Positions 12,472-24,727 of a DNA stretch of 64,000 bases are shown piece after piece. The stretch is from Octopus vulgaris (lineage: Eukaryota): positions 78,120,001 through 78,184,000 of the forward strand of contig OX597822.1 in NCBI GenBank assembly GCA_951406725.2, given 5' to 3'. The notes below the pieces were generated by a model, which had not been told where the DNA came from, searched no databases, and saw only the letters and a program-made list of their open reading frames with translations. A program made the position numbers and the translations under genes. Numbering within the stretch: the stretch's first letter is position 1; every line of letters starts with the position of its first letter.

Positions 12472-12885
12472 CACCCCACCCCCGCAATCGCTTGACAACC
12501 GATACTGGTGTGATTATGTCTCCGAAACTTAGCGGTTCAGCAAAAGACTGATAGAATAAGTACTAGGCTTATAAAGAAGAGACGCCAAAGTCCTGGGATC
12601 AATTTTTTCTACTAACAAATTAGTCTAAAGTGGTACTCCAGCATGACCGCAGTCAAATGACTATATATATATATTCATAAATATTGTATATGCATACATT
12701 CATATATCATTTATCTTTTACTTGTTTCAGTCATCTGACTGCGGCCTTGCTGGAACACCACCTTGAAGGGTTTTAGTTGAACAGATCGACCCCAGGACTT
12801 CTTTTTCCAAATTTAAAAGGTATTCTATCGGGTCTCTTTTTAACGAAAGGCTAAGTTAGACGTAAATACATCAACACGGTTTGTC
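12465..12885. mobile_element. Two SINE A tail fragments, tail-to-tail
   Basis: 12465-12662 (+) and 12712-12885 (-) match the SINE A 3' half. Confidence 0.7.
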
Positions 12886-12934
<49 letters not shown>

Positions 12935-12961
12935 TGTATGTATGTATGTATGTATGTATGT

Positions 12962-13251
12962 GGAGGCGCAATGGCCCAGTGGTTAAGGCAGCAGACTCGC
13001 GGTCTTAGGATCGCAGTTTCGATTCCCAGACCGGGCTTTGTGAGTGTTTATTGAGCGAAAACACCTAAAGCTCCACGAGGCTCAGACAGGAGGTGGTGGT
13101 GATCCCTGTTGTACTTTTTCACCACAACTTTCTCACTCTTTCTTCTGTTGGCCTGCTCGCTTAGCCAGCGGGGTGGCGTCATCGAAGGCTAAAACAATGC
13201 GAAGCGCATTGTGACCAGCGATGTGTAGCAACATCTGATAGCCTGGTCGGT

Positions 13252-13257
<6 letters not shown>
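12962..13257 (+). mobile_element. SINE family B (tail type 2) between (TATG)n and (TA)n
   Basis: Matches 9438-9741. Confidence 0.85.
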
Positions 13258-13300
<43 letters not shown>

Positions 13301-14139
13301 GTGAAGTTTGGTGTCTCTTCCCATATTCTTCCGAGTTTATTATCCACTAAGATCACATTAGTTAAACCCAAAACTATCCAGAGGGTGCTTTTGTCCCACT
13401 TAGAAGATTTTGAATGTGTAGAGGAGGAGGTTCCTTTGCTGGATCGATACGCAGTCAACTTTCTTTTTATTTTTCACAAGATGCAGTTAGTGTGTGAACT
13501 TATTGTTGAACTCATACACTTTAGTATGCTATCTAAATACTAAATTTTATTGTTGTCATGGGTCATCAGTTATTGAGCAGATCTCTGATCAACATTGACT
13601 AACCGTAAGAATCTCGTCTTTTATTCAGCTAGGTAGCATCTATGTAGCACCATTGCCTTCTTATTTTAAGTCGTAAAGCTGAGCTCTAACACACTTATGA
13701 CCGCTGATTTTATTTCGTTGGCCGACGACAAGAGCGACTCACTGTTGAATTAACAATCTGGGTTTTAGTGGGAATGTACGTTCATTATTCTTTGTTCAGT
13801 AATTTGAGACTATATTCAGATGTCTTCTATTTTTACAAGAAAATTCTTGCTGTAGACAGCAGTCTTTCTTCTTTTAAACAAGTGCATCTTTTAGCATAGA
13901 AAGGTATTTTGATGACATTTAAAGCAAAGCACTGGTAATACATACGTAAAAATTGACACAGATGTGTGATATAGTCGGCATTGTTGGTTGCTTCAGAATG
14001 GTTCAGAGTTACATTATCGCTTTCATGCATCACATATGTTGTGGCGGTCTTTTGTTCTTCATATGTATGTACGAATGAATGTATAAGAAAACCAGCATCC
14101 AGATTTTCTTATTTGAATTCTGTTCGCCCTGATTTGAAA

Positions 14140-14522
14140 TTTTGACAGAGGACCAGTAATTTCGGTGAAGGAGGTAAATCGATTACATCAGCTCAGTGCT
14201 CTCCCGGTGCTTATTTTATCGATCCCCGAAAGAATGACAGGCCAAATCAACCGCGTCGGTATTTGAACTAAAAAAGTAAAGACGGACGAAATACCTTTTT
14301 CTTTACTACCCACAAGGGGCCAAACAGAGGGGACAAACAAGGACAGACAAACGAATTAAGTCGATTACATCGATCCCAGTGCGTAACTGGTACTTAATTT
14401 ATCGACCCCGAAAGGATGAAAGGCAAAGTCGACATCGGCGGAATTTGAAATCAGAACGTAGCGGCAGACGAAATACCGCTAAGCATTTCGCTCGACGTGC
14501 TAACGTTTCTGCCAGCTCGCAG
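14140..14522 (-). mobile_element. SINE family C (Meta-domain-like core)
   Basis: Reverse complement of GGCGAGCTGGCAGAAACGTTAGCAC...GTCGACTTTGCCTTTCATCCTTTCGGGGTCGATAAATTAAGTACCAG. Confidence 0.8.
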
Positions 14523-14613
14523 CCCAAAATACGCTTTATATTAAACGATATTTATCTCTCACTGGACGGAGGAGCACTTTTTGTTGATCAGATCTATAAC
14601 GGAACAGTAAATA

Positions 14614-14657
<44 letters not shown>

Positions 14658-15239
14658 CTGAATATTTGTTTATATAAAATCCTTTATATATGAATGTATA
14701 ATACATTCTATACACACACACGCGCGCGCATTTATATCCTTCTATATGCATGTGTACGCACGCAGGCACGCACGTATGCATGTACGTATGTATGTATATA
14801 TGTGTGTATCTTCTTTTATCTTCTATCTTCTATTTGTTTCAGTTATCGGACAGCGGCCATGCTGGGTCACCGCCTTGAAGTGTTTAGTCAAACAAATCGG
14901 CTCCAATACTTATACTGTTCTTTTGCCGAACTGCTATCAACCAGGAGTGGGGTGAATACATACATAAACACACACACACACTCACACATACACAAACATG
15001 CACATACATACATACATACATACATACATACATACATACATACATACATACATACATACATACATACATACATACATACATACATACATACATACATACA
15101 TACATACATACATACATGGTGGCTTCCCCCTCGTTGATAAAGCACGAAGCTTTATCAATGTTGTTATCGTGCAATGCCTGTGCAAGAATTTTTATTTGAA
15201 GTGAGGAAAGGCTGTACACTGAGTCAATCCCACTCAGTA

Positions 15240-15640
15240 AGCAACAACAGCCATAATCCGAAAAGAAGAACAAGTCAACATCATCGGTAACCACTGAGCC
15301 GCAGTTTTATGTCAGAGTTATCCCAGTTACCTTCTAGAAGGATGCCCTAACAAAGGCTAGGAGTCCTTCACTCCCAATGGTTTAACCGCGCGATCGGGTA
15401 TTCAGTCCGATTATTTCTATGTCCCCGCGCATGATACAGCCTTAAGACATTTATTGGATGACCGTTGACTCTCAAGAGTTCCTCCGCCCTTTGACGGGTT
15501 TTGTTTTTCATCCCGCAGGGTGTCCAATAAACACCCTCCTCACCAAACAAGCTTGGTAGGGTTGCCGGTTTAGTCGCCGACGACCCGACCGTGCAACTGG
15601 TTGTACTGGGTTACATGTTACCAGTAGCACTCGAAAGTGA
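15240..15640 (-). mobile_element. GC-richer repeat, possibly a non-LTR retrotransposon 5' UTR
   Basis: Distinct composition between microsatellites; resembles RTE-type 5' regions by recall only. Confidence 0.3.
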
Positions 15641-15794
15641 CATGACATACATACATACATACACACATACATACATACATACATACACGCGACGGGTATC
15701 CAAGCAGAATCCGTCAACCAAATTCATGGCCCTTGACTTAGCAGAGAGGAGAATACACACTGATGTTGCTGCAGTCTGTATTTTTAGTGAAGAT

Positions 15795-16112
15795 GTGTGA
15801 CTTAGCATTTAGGGTGTTCTGTTCACGATCGTTTGGTCATGAGTTCGATTCCCGGTGGCGCTTTGTGTCTTTGAGCAAGACACCTTATGTCACTTTGTTC
15901 AACTCCACTCAGCGGGCAAAATAGAATGGTACATGTATTTCAAAGGGCCTGCTTTGTCACATTCTATGTCCCGCTGAATCTCTCAGGGAACTACGCTAAG
16001 GGTACACATATCTGTGGAGTGCTCAGGCACTTGCGCATTAATTTCACGAGGAGACCGTTGCGATGATTGGATCAACTGGAACCCTCGTCGTCGTAACCGA
16101 CGGAGTTCCACG
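15795..16112 (+). mobile_element. tRNA-derived SINE with tail type 1
   Basis: B box GAGTTCGATTCCC; tail tatttcaaagggcc...aactggaaccctcgtcgtcgtaaccgacggag shared with 459-843. Confidence 0.75.
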
Positions 16113-16439
16113 TAAATATTGCATTAGGAAACGATACCTGTACAGTAATAAAGCAATGTAAGTTCCCTGGACATTGCTGTTTCAAATCCTTGGACTGACT
16201 CACGTGGCCGGTTATTCGATTTCCACGGTGCATAAGTGACTGAGATCACAACAGACTCCCTGGACGGAACGCCAGTTCATCACAGAGTTACTCACCTACA
16301 GCTGTTTGGAGTGGAGCGACGTGAATTGATTTGCTCAAAAGAAAAATACAACGCATCACCAGGTCTGCGAATAGAAACCCAGGCCCTTACGTCGTAAGTG
16401 CAACATCCTAATCATCAGGTGAAGAGCCTTACCTGGCAT

Positions 16440-16745
16440 TCTGTTGGTTACAACGAGGATGGTCCCAGGTGATTCGATCAACGGAACAGTCTGCTCGTGA
16501 AATTAACCTATAAGTGGCTGAGCACTCCACAAACACGTAGTTCTTAGCGGGATTCAGCGTGACACGGAATGTGACACGGTTGGCCCCTTGAAATACAAGT
16601 ACAACCCATGTTTGCCAGCTGAATGGATTGGAGTAATGAGAAATAAAGCGTCTTGCTCAAGGACATAATGTGCCACCGAGAATTGAACTCACGACCTTAC
16701 GAACGTGAGCTTAATAACCCTAAAAAGTAAACCATGCGCCTTCAC
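16440..16745 (-). mobile_element. tRNA-derived SINE with tail type 1
   Basis: Reverse complement of the 15795-16112 family. Confidence 0.7.
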
Positions 16746-17042
16746 CTAAGAACTTTGACAAAGTTACAAACACTTTTATAGGAATGACACAAGCGAAACT
16801 GTCAACCCAAGTATTTTTACTGTGTTTTATAATTTTTTTTTTTAGCGGGGGTTGCTACTAATTCTATCAGCCACTTTTGCCAAAATCGCAAACACACACA
16901 CACACATACACAGCAAGATGTTACGCAGTAGGACTGAATCTAGAACCAGGTAGATGAAAAGCAACCTTCTTATCAAAGTCATGTCAGAACCTACTTGAAC
17001 AATCTCTGTTGCGTTTTTTCGTATGATGCCCCATAATAAATA

Positions 17043-17578
17043 CGAGGGTGAGTAAAAAAGTAATGCCATTTTGTTTAAGACAGGTGTAATTACCAACACA
17101 AGAGCATGTATCATACATCAAATTGAAGCTGGTCCTCTGTGGATCACATTCCTATTTCTCAACATAGTCATCGTTTCTCTCCATAGCAATGTTCCACTTT
17201 CGAATAAGAGCATGTATCCCTGCCCCGTAAAATTCTGTTGACTGTTCTTGAGCTACTTCTTCACAACAGTTTTCACTTCCTCGTCACTAGAATAATGTTT
17301 GCCCCTCAAGCCCTCTTTCATGGGGCCGAAGAGATGATAGTCTGAAGGCGCTAAATTTGGTTACGAGGAAGTGGTTAAAAGAACAGAATTTTACGGGGCA
17401 GGGATATATGCTCTCATTCGAAGGTGGAACGTTGCTATTGAAAGAAACGGTGACTATATTGAGAGGTAGGGATGTGATCCACAGAGGACCAGGTTCATTT
17501 TGATGCATGATACATGCTCCTGTGTCGGTAATTATACCTGTCCTAAACAAAATGGCATTACTTTTTGACTCACCCTCC
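17043..17578. mobile_element. Fold-back mariner derivative built from two inverted 3' ends
   Basis: TA|CGAGGGTGAGTAAAAAAGTAATGCC ... GGCATTACTTTTTGACTCACCCTCC|TA; inverted arms of about 195 bp; both arms encode mariner C-terminal sequence (APSDYHLFGPMK on the left; GI.ALIR.WN.A.ERN.DY.E* on both). Confidence 0.85.
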
Positions 17579-17783
17579 TATATCACATATTGTGATTTAT
17601 TTCAAAGAAATAAATTACTAAACTTACATGCAGACATTCATGTCCTTTCTCACGGTGACTTGCCCTGTCATTTTTTTCTCATGCCGTGACTATTCTGTAA
17701 TTTTTTTCTGTTTTTTTTTCTCGACTAATCATATTATTAACATGAGTTTTAAAGACTCTGTAGCGAGGCGAATGAGATCGTGT

Positions 17784-18183
17784 AAGGTGGCGTGCTGGCA
17801 GAAACGTTAGAACGCTGGGCGAAATGCTTAGCGGTATTTCGTATGCCATTACGTTCTGAGTTCAAATTCCGCCGAGGTCGACTTTGCCTTTCATCCCTTC
17901 GGGGTCGATAAATTAAGAGACAGTTACGCACTGGGGTCGATATAATCGACTTAATCCGTCTGTCTGTCCTTGTTTGTCTCCTCTGTGTTTAGCCCCTTGT
18001 GGGTAGTAAAGAAATAGGTATTTCGTCTGGCGCTACGTTCTGATTTCAAATTCCGCCGGGGTCGACTTTGCCTTTCATCCTTTCGGGGATCGATAAATTA
18101 AGTACGAGCTGCGTACTGGGTAGATCTAATCGACCGGTCCCCTCCACAAAAATTTTGAGCCTTGTGCCTAGAGTAGAAAAGAA
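17784..18183 (+). mobile_element. SINE family C dimer
   Basis: Two tandem core units of about 180 bp, ending ccttgtgcctagagtagaaaagaat. Confidence 0.85.
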
Positions 18184-18265
18184 TGACATCGTGTGTTTTT
18201 CATGGCTTCCTTGAAGAAACATAAAATAAACTATTGTAAAAGTCCATGTATAATACACCACTATT

Positions 18266-18319
<54 letters not shown>

Positions 18320-18321
<2 letters not shown>

Positions 18322-18710
18322 CGCAGGAGTGGCTGTGTGGTAAGTAGCTTGCTAACCAACCACATGGTTCCGGGTTCAGTCCCACTGCGTGGCATCTTGG
18401 GTAAGTGTCTTCTGCTATAGCCCCAGGCCGACCAATGCCTTGTGAGTGGATTTGGTAGACGGAAACTGAAATAAGCCTGTCGTATATATGTATATATATA
18501 TATGTGTGTGTGTTTGTCCCCCTAGCAGTGCTTGACAACCGATGTTGGTGTGTTGACGTCCCCGTCACTTAGCGGTTCGGCAAAGAGATCGATGGAATAA
18601 GTACTGGGCTTACAAAGAATAAGTCCCGGGGTCGATTTGCTCGACTAAAGGCGGTGCTCCAGCATGGCCGCAGTCAAAATGACTGAAACAAGTAAAAGAG
18701 TAAAAGAGTA
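18320..18710 (+). mobile_element. SINE family A, full length
   Basis: GGCGCAGGAGTGGCTGTGTGGTAAG (A box), GGGTTCAGTCCC (B box), internal (TA)/(TG) tract, tail (GTAAAAGA)n. Confidence 0.9.
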
Positions 18711-18721
18711 TGTGTGTGTGT

Positions 18722-18765
<44 letters not shown>

Positions 18766-18768
<3 letters not shown>

Positions 18769-19931
18769 TGTCTTCTTTTTGTTTCAGACTAAATAAATTC
18801 AGATTTATAAATTAGATAATGGCTATAGACTGAAATACAATCATAACTCTCCTCAATGGAGGCGAAAGTAATACAGCTATTGCAAAACAGCTTAAAATTA
18901 ACTGAATAACAGTCTGGAAAATTGTCAAGAAATTTCAAGGGACTGGTTCCACCGCCGATTGATCTGGACCTGGCCGAAAAAGAAGTTTGCAGACCCCTCA
19001 GCTTATCAAAAATATCAGAGAAAAGACACGACGAAATACTCGTCCTTCCGTCATAAAACTGGCTGCCACAGCAAAAAAAGCCGAACATCGATGTATCGAG
19101 GGCTGAAGGAAGATCTCGGGACCCATTCTCACAAGATGGTCCGTCGTCATGAGCTCCTGCAAGTTTATATGGCCATAAGACTGGAAAGAAATTGTCTTAT
19201 CCTGTATCAGATTGCTGAAGGCACCCTGTTCAACTGGGTGTTCACTGATGAAAAGAAATTTGACGCCGAACAGACAGTAAGCCACCAGAATTTGGAGTGG
19301 ATCTAGCTCCATCTGGGATAGACTCGTAAACCGATGTCAAAATCCACAGTCTGTTATGGTTTAGGCGGCTCTGACAGTCACTTGAAGGTCTCCGCTCGTT
19401 TTTGTGCCCTCACGTGTTAAAATTAATATTAATCGGAACATTAGCATCATTCTGGAAGCTGAACTGCTTCCATGGGTGAAGGAGCACTTTCATGGGCGCA
19501 TCTTAGAGCCTCCAACAGGACTTGGCACCGTCGGACAACTCCAAACAGACACAATACTAGATCCAGAAAAACATTTTATCGTTCATAGGCAAGGATGTAT
19601 AGCTCTCAAGAAGCGCCGATCTCAACCCGTTGGATTTTTCTGTTTGGTCCATTTTAGAGACGAGGGTCTCAAGCAATCCTCGTGCTTCGCTCGACACTCT
19701 GAAGGCAAAACTGCACCAAGAATGGGCTTCGATTCCGCAAGAATAACTGCGTGCTGTGTATGAAGCATTTGCACAATTCTAGACAGAGGTGGTCATATCG
19801 AGTAAATGTAGTAGTGTCATAATTGCGTTTTCTTTACCACTGCATTGCAACACTCGCCCCACCCCCAAAATATAATAATATTTTGCTTTGGCAAAATTGA
19901 AAAAAGTTAGTTGCCTTAATTTTGGGACACC

Positions 19932-19934
<3 letters not shown>
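18766..19934 (+). mobile_element. Tc1/mariner superfamily element, maT/DD37D-like, decayed
   Basis: WVFTDEKKF, QQD.AP.., SADLNPLDFSVWSILE; right TIR ...AATTTTGGGACACCCTG|TA; left end lost in (TG)n. Confidence 0.8.
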
Positions 19935-20016
<82 letters not shown>

Positions 20017-20019
20017 GGT

Positions 20020-20325
20020 ACTTCGTTGGTTATGACGACGTGGGTTCCAGTTGATCCGATCAACGGAGCTGCCTGCTCCTGAAATTAACGTGCAAGGGGC
20101 TGAGCACTCCACAGACACACGTACCCTTAACATAGTTCTCAGGGAGGTTCAGTGTGACAAGGCTGGCCCTTTGAATTACAGGTACAACGCATTTTTGCTA
20201 GCTGAGTGGACTGAAGCAAGGTGAAGTAAAGCGTCTTGCTCGAGGACACAACACGCCGCCGGGAATCGAACACACGACCATACGATCGTGAACCGAATAC
20301 TTAGTCACTAAGCCACGCGCCTTCA
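20020..20325 (-). mobile_element. tRNA-derived SINE with tail type 1
   Basis: Same family as 15795-16112 and 29285-29570. Confidence 0.8.
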
Positions 20326-20822
20326 TGTGTGCGTGTGCGTGTGTGCGTGTGTGCGTGTGCGTGTGTCATGCACACATAAGTATATATGTGTGTGTGTTTG
20401 TGCTTGTCCGTGTTCGCTTCTACTTCTAATTATTTGAAGCAATGCTGTAAGGAAGGGACTGATTTCTATCAAAGATACAAAGCTCCATCTTCGGAATGTA
20501 GAAAACAAAAACGATGACACCCTCCACTTAAAGATTGTATTTCTGGTCATCCCAGCCGCAGTTGTGTCACTGGTTTTATAGCTGATTGCTGTGCAGCACT
20601 TAATCTACTGAAAATAAATTCACACAATGCTTGGATTCTTAGAACGCATGCACGGAACTAATGGGTTTAGGATGTGGTCGTACTTGGTCACGAGTTCACT
20701 TCCACCATGCATGTTTATAGGTATAGCATTATATCACATATACTATACACATCTCGATTTTTGAAGCTGTTTTCAAATTTTATAATAATATTATGTACAA
20801 CACGCAATATAACAGCTTTTAA

Positions 20823-21043
20823 CCCTTTGGTTACCGTTTTTCTTATTAGATGCTCTGTGTTTCTTTCAATTATTTTAAATATAACAACGAATTTAGTAAA
20901 ATAACTTAGTTATCATTAAGCTAGTGTGAGGAACATAAACTGTGAATAAGGTTTGGTGGAAGATTTTAATTCAAAACATATGTAAAGAAGGCATTTGTAC
21001 TACAGAGCCAGAAGCGGTTTCAGTCAGGTTGGTATCGAAAGAG
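20823..21043. mobile_element. piggyBac-type MITE
   Basis: TTAA|CCCTTTGGTTACC ... GGTATCGAAAGAG|TTAA. Confidence 0.75.
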
Positions 21044-21121
21044 TTAATATTTCATTTTATATAAAATATTGATATATAGGTATATAATTTAAAATATCAT
21101 TATTATAACAATGCTTAGTAA

Positions 21122-21545
21122 GTGAGCCAGCAGAATCGTTAGCACGGCGGGCGAAATGCTTAGCGGCATTTCGTCCGTCTTTACGTTCTGAGTTCAAATT
21201 GCGCCGTGGTGGAAATTGTCTTTTATCCTTTCGGAATCGATTAACTAAGCACCAGTTGAGCACTGGGGTCGATGTAATCGACTTACTCCGCCTCTCCCAA
21301 AATTGCTGGCCTTGTGCCAAAATTTGAAACCAATTTAATAAAGCTTTGTAAGGCGGCGAGTAGGCTAGGCAGAATCGTTGGTACGCCAGACAAGATGCCT
21401 AGCAGCATTTCGTCCGTCTTTACATTCTGAGTTCAAATTCCGCCGAGGTCAACTTTGCCTTTCGTCCTTTCGGGGTCGATGTAATCGACTTACTCCCGCC
21501 TGCCGAAACTGCTGGCTTTGTTCCAAAATTTGAAACCAATATAAC
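21122..21545 (+). mobile_element. Two adjacent SINE C monomers
   Basis: Two heads (gcagaatcgtt..), each ending aaaatttgaaacc. Confidence 0.8.
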
Positions 21546-22316
21546 AAAGCCTTTTTAGATTATTCTTCTCTTGTCTTAAAAACAGATGGAGAAAAACTTT
21601 ACAGCATAAAACCATATTCATAGCATGAGCTCTAATTTTGATTTTAGTTAAAACATGAGAAGCTGCATTTTATACGAGAGCTTCAGCGAGGAATGGAAAC
21701 TATGTATTCGTGTCTTTACAGACTAATTCACTCACTGCACTGTGAAAAGCAATATAAAAATATATTCAGAATTTATAGTTAACAAAGCTACATTCTTTCC
21801 TAACTTCTCCTCTCGTGCTTTCATTGCGAATATGATTTTAAAAATGCTATGTTATCGCTCATAAAAGTCTGAAGTGCTTCATCTATATCAATCATCAACA
21901 GCTGAAAGTTGAACGACATTGTTTGTGAGGCTGGAGATGGAAAGATAGATACGGCCTAATGGAGGTCTGCATTAAACAAAGATATCGGATTGCATTTTCA
22001 TGTGCAAACTTCCTTATATGCAGTTTTTGCATGTACTATTTCGCATGGTCTGCTATATGTAAGAAGGGAGGGATGAAAATTCTAGAGTCTAGTGGTACTA
22101 ATTGCTAATAGTACATCTAATGCCAATTTCATTTAGTAGTTATCGTAGACAACAGTATACAGTTACAAACCGAAAACACTATGAATAAATAATAAGCAAG
22201 GAATCCAGGCCAGGTGTATCAAATAACCGTATTCGATTTGAAAGCACAAATTGCCAGAAATGCATTGTTTGCATAAATTCATACAGACAGACAGAAAACA
22301 TAAATATGTGTTTGCT

Positions 22317-22386
<70 letters not shown>

Positions 22387-22486
22387 CATATAGATGCGTT
22401 TATGATTTATATATTAATACAAATATGTATGCGTGTGTGTGTGTGTATGTGTGTGTATACTCACACACATATATTAATATGTAAAT

Positions 22487-22610
22487 CATATGGTTCCGGG
22501 TTCAGTCCCACTGCATGGTACCTTGGGCAAGTGTCTTCTACTATAGCTTCGGGCTGACCGAAGCCTTGTGAGTGGATTTGGTAGACGGAAACTGAAAGAA
22601 GCCCGTCTTA

Positions 22611-22669
<59 letters not shown>

Positions 22670-22892
22670 GTGTGTGTACATGTTTGTGTGTCTGTGTTTG
22701 TCCCCCCCCCCACAACATCGCTTGACAACCAATGCTGGTGTGTTTAAATCCCTGTAACTTAGCGGTTCGGCAAAAGAGACCGATAGAATAAGTACTAGGC
22801 TTACAAAGAATAAGTCCTGGGGTCGATTTACTCGACTAAAGGCGGTGCTCCAGCATGGCCACAGTCAAATGACTGAAACAAGTAAAAGAGTA
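22487..22892 (+). mobile_element. SINE family A, 5'-truncated
   Basis: Matches 18320-18710 from the B box onward. Confidence 0.88.
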
Positions 22893-23224
22893 ATATATAT
22901 AATGTATATATAATGTATATAGGTATCCCTGTGCATAACTATATATGGATAAAATATCCATGTACAGGCATACCTCACTCTACGTCGTTAATTGGTTTCA
23001 TGAGACACGGTTTCAGTCGAAAAACGATTCAAGTTGAATTTACTTGTCTCTAGGCCAAACTGATAATAACTATTCCCAGTTTTGTACTTTATTTATGAAT
23101 GCATTTTCAATAATGCATGGTAAATAAAAGCCTATTTTAAGCTTACAAACAAATAATTTTTATTTTTAGTACAGTAAAGTAAAAAATAAGTAATATAAAT
23201 TCACGAATACAATTTGACGGTGTT

Positions 23225-23794
23225 TACCGTACATCGCGGACGCTTTACTCATGAATGTGGTTTGCAAAAAAGATAAAATACAAGCCTTCTTCCAACTGTT
23301 AAACATGGAGAAGGATATGTGATGACCTGGGGTGAGGTGGGGGGCTATATGTTGGAAATCCGCCGGCCCAATAGGTACTCTTCATGACTATTTAAGCATT
23401 TTATTTGATTAAATTCATCCTATGTTTGCGGAACTGTTTCGGGGGGAAACGCAACCTTTCAGGATGATAATGCACCGATTCAGACAGCTAAAGTTGTTAC
23501 TGAATGGCACGAGGAACATTCTGTGAAATTGAATATCTTATGTGGCCACCACAGTCCCCAGATCTCAATATTATTGAACATTTATGGTGCATTTTAGGAA
23601 AAACATCACTACAAGAACTGGAGACTGTTTTAGCTGAAGAATGGACAAAAATTCCTTTGGAAACAATTCAAACTTCGTACGAGTTCATACCTCATAGAAT
23701 TCAAGCTGTAATTACTGCCAAAGGGGTCCTATCCCATATTAAAATAAATCTGTTCTAAATTTTAAGGTGTTTTCATTATTTTGTCCAACCCGTG
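23225..23794 (+). mobile_element. Tc1 (DD34E-type) 3' fragment
   Basis: FQDDNAP, WPPQSPDLNIIEHLW, HRIQAVITAKG; right TIR ends ttgtccaacccgtg|TA. Confidence 0.85.
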
Positions 23795-23816
23795 TATATA
23801 TATATATATATATATA

Positions 23817-24727
23817 AAACAAACTGGGAGGAAAGAGACGGAACGAAGTGAGAATTCGAAAAATCGAAAATTCAAACGAACCCGACGCGAAGCGCTGTCA
23901 GACAATAGTGTAATAAATAAAATATATGCATACATACAAACATATATGTACGTACCGACATCTAGATGTATATATACATGCATATATAAATATATATACG
24001 TACAGGACACCACAAGAAGACGTAAAAATCAACAGAAACAGATAGAGGAAGACACTCTGTCTCTCTCTCTCTCTCTCCCACTCCTCCTCACTTTCGTCAC
24101 TGCTAATCCTTTCGCCTGTTGCATTCAGGCCCTAAGGTCATGTTTCCCAGCGCTCGCCAGTTACCTTCTCATCCCCGCCAGAAAAAAGGCCTTCGTTCGT
24201 CTTTTTCGTTTGTTCTCTTGTTTATTTTGATTTCTCGTATTGTAATTTAATTCTCGTTTTGTATTTTCTTGTACATGTATCTTTAATTTTGTATTTTTTC
24301 TTGTCCTTTTTTGTGCAGTTCTTTGTTACATTTTTTCTTGCTCGTTTTACCCCTCTACGAGGTTATTTTATTTTAATTCTCTCGTAGGAAGGCCTAGCAT
24401 GACCAGACGTGTCCTGTCTTGCCTTCGAAACAGGCTATGTCTGCTAGCGACAGCTGATGAAGGGGATTTTTCCTTGTGCAGCATGTCCTGTACTTCGTTT
24501 TTCTGCTGTACATAATTGTTTTTCACGTTTTCGTTTTCGTCTTGTTCCACGTCTCTGTCCTTCTGTTGTAACAAAATGGCTTTTCCGTTTTCGTTTCTGT
24601 TGATTTTTACGTCTTCTTGTGGTGTCCTGTACGTATATATATTTATATATGCATGTATATATACATGTAGATGTCGGTACGTACATATATGTTTGTATGT
24701 ATGCATATATTTTATTTATTACACTAT
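23817..24727. mobile_element. (TA)n-embedded repeat with 135-bp inverted repeats, Penelope-like
   Basis: Arms 23905-24039 and 24593-24727 are near-identical; the arm family recurs at about 49636-49780, 59330-59480 and 63620-63820 (more loosely at 29840-29970), each abutting (TA)n. Confidence 0.55.

Noticed and set aside
21640-21780. Possible plus-strand coding exon
   Set aside because: MRSCILYE..QRG looks more like a decayed mariner N-terminus, and there is no good splice donor.
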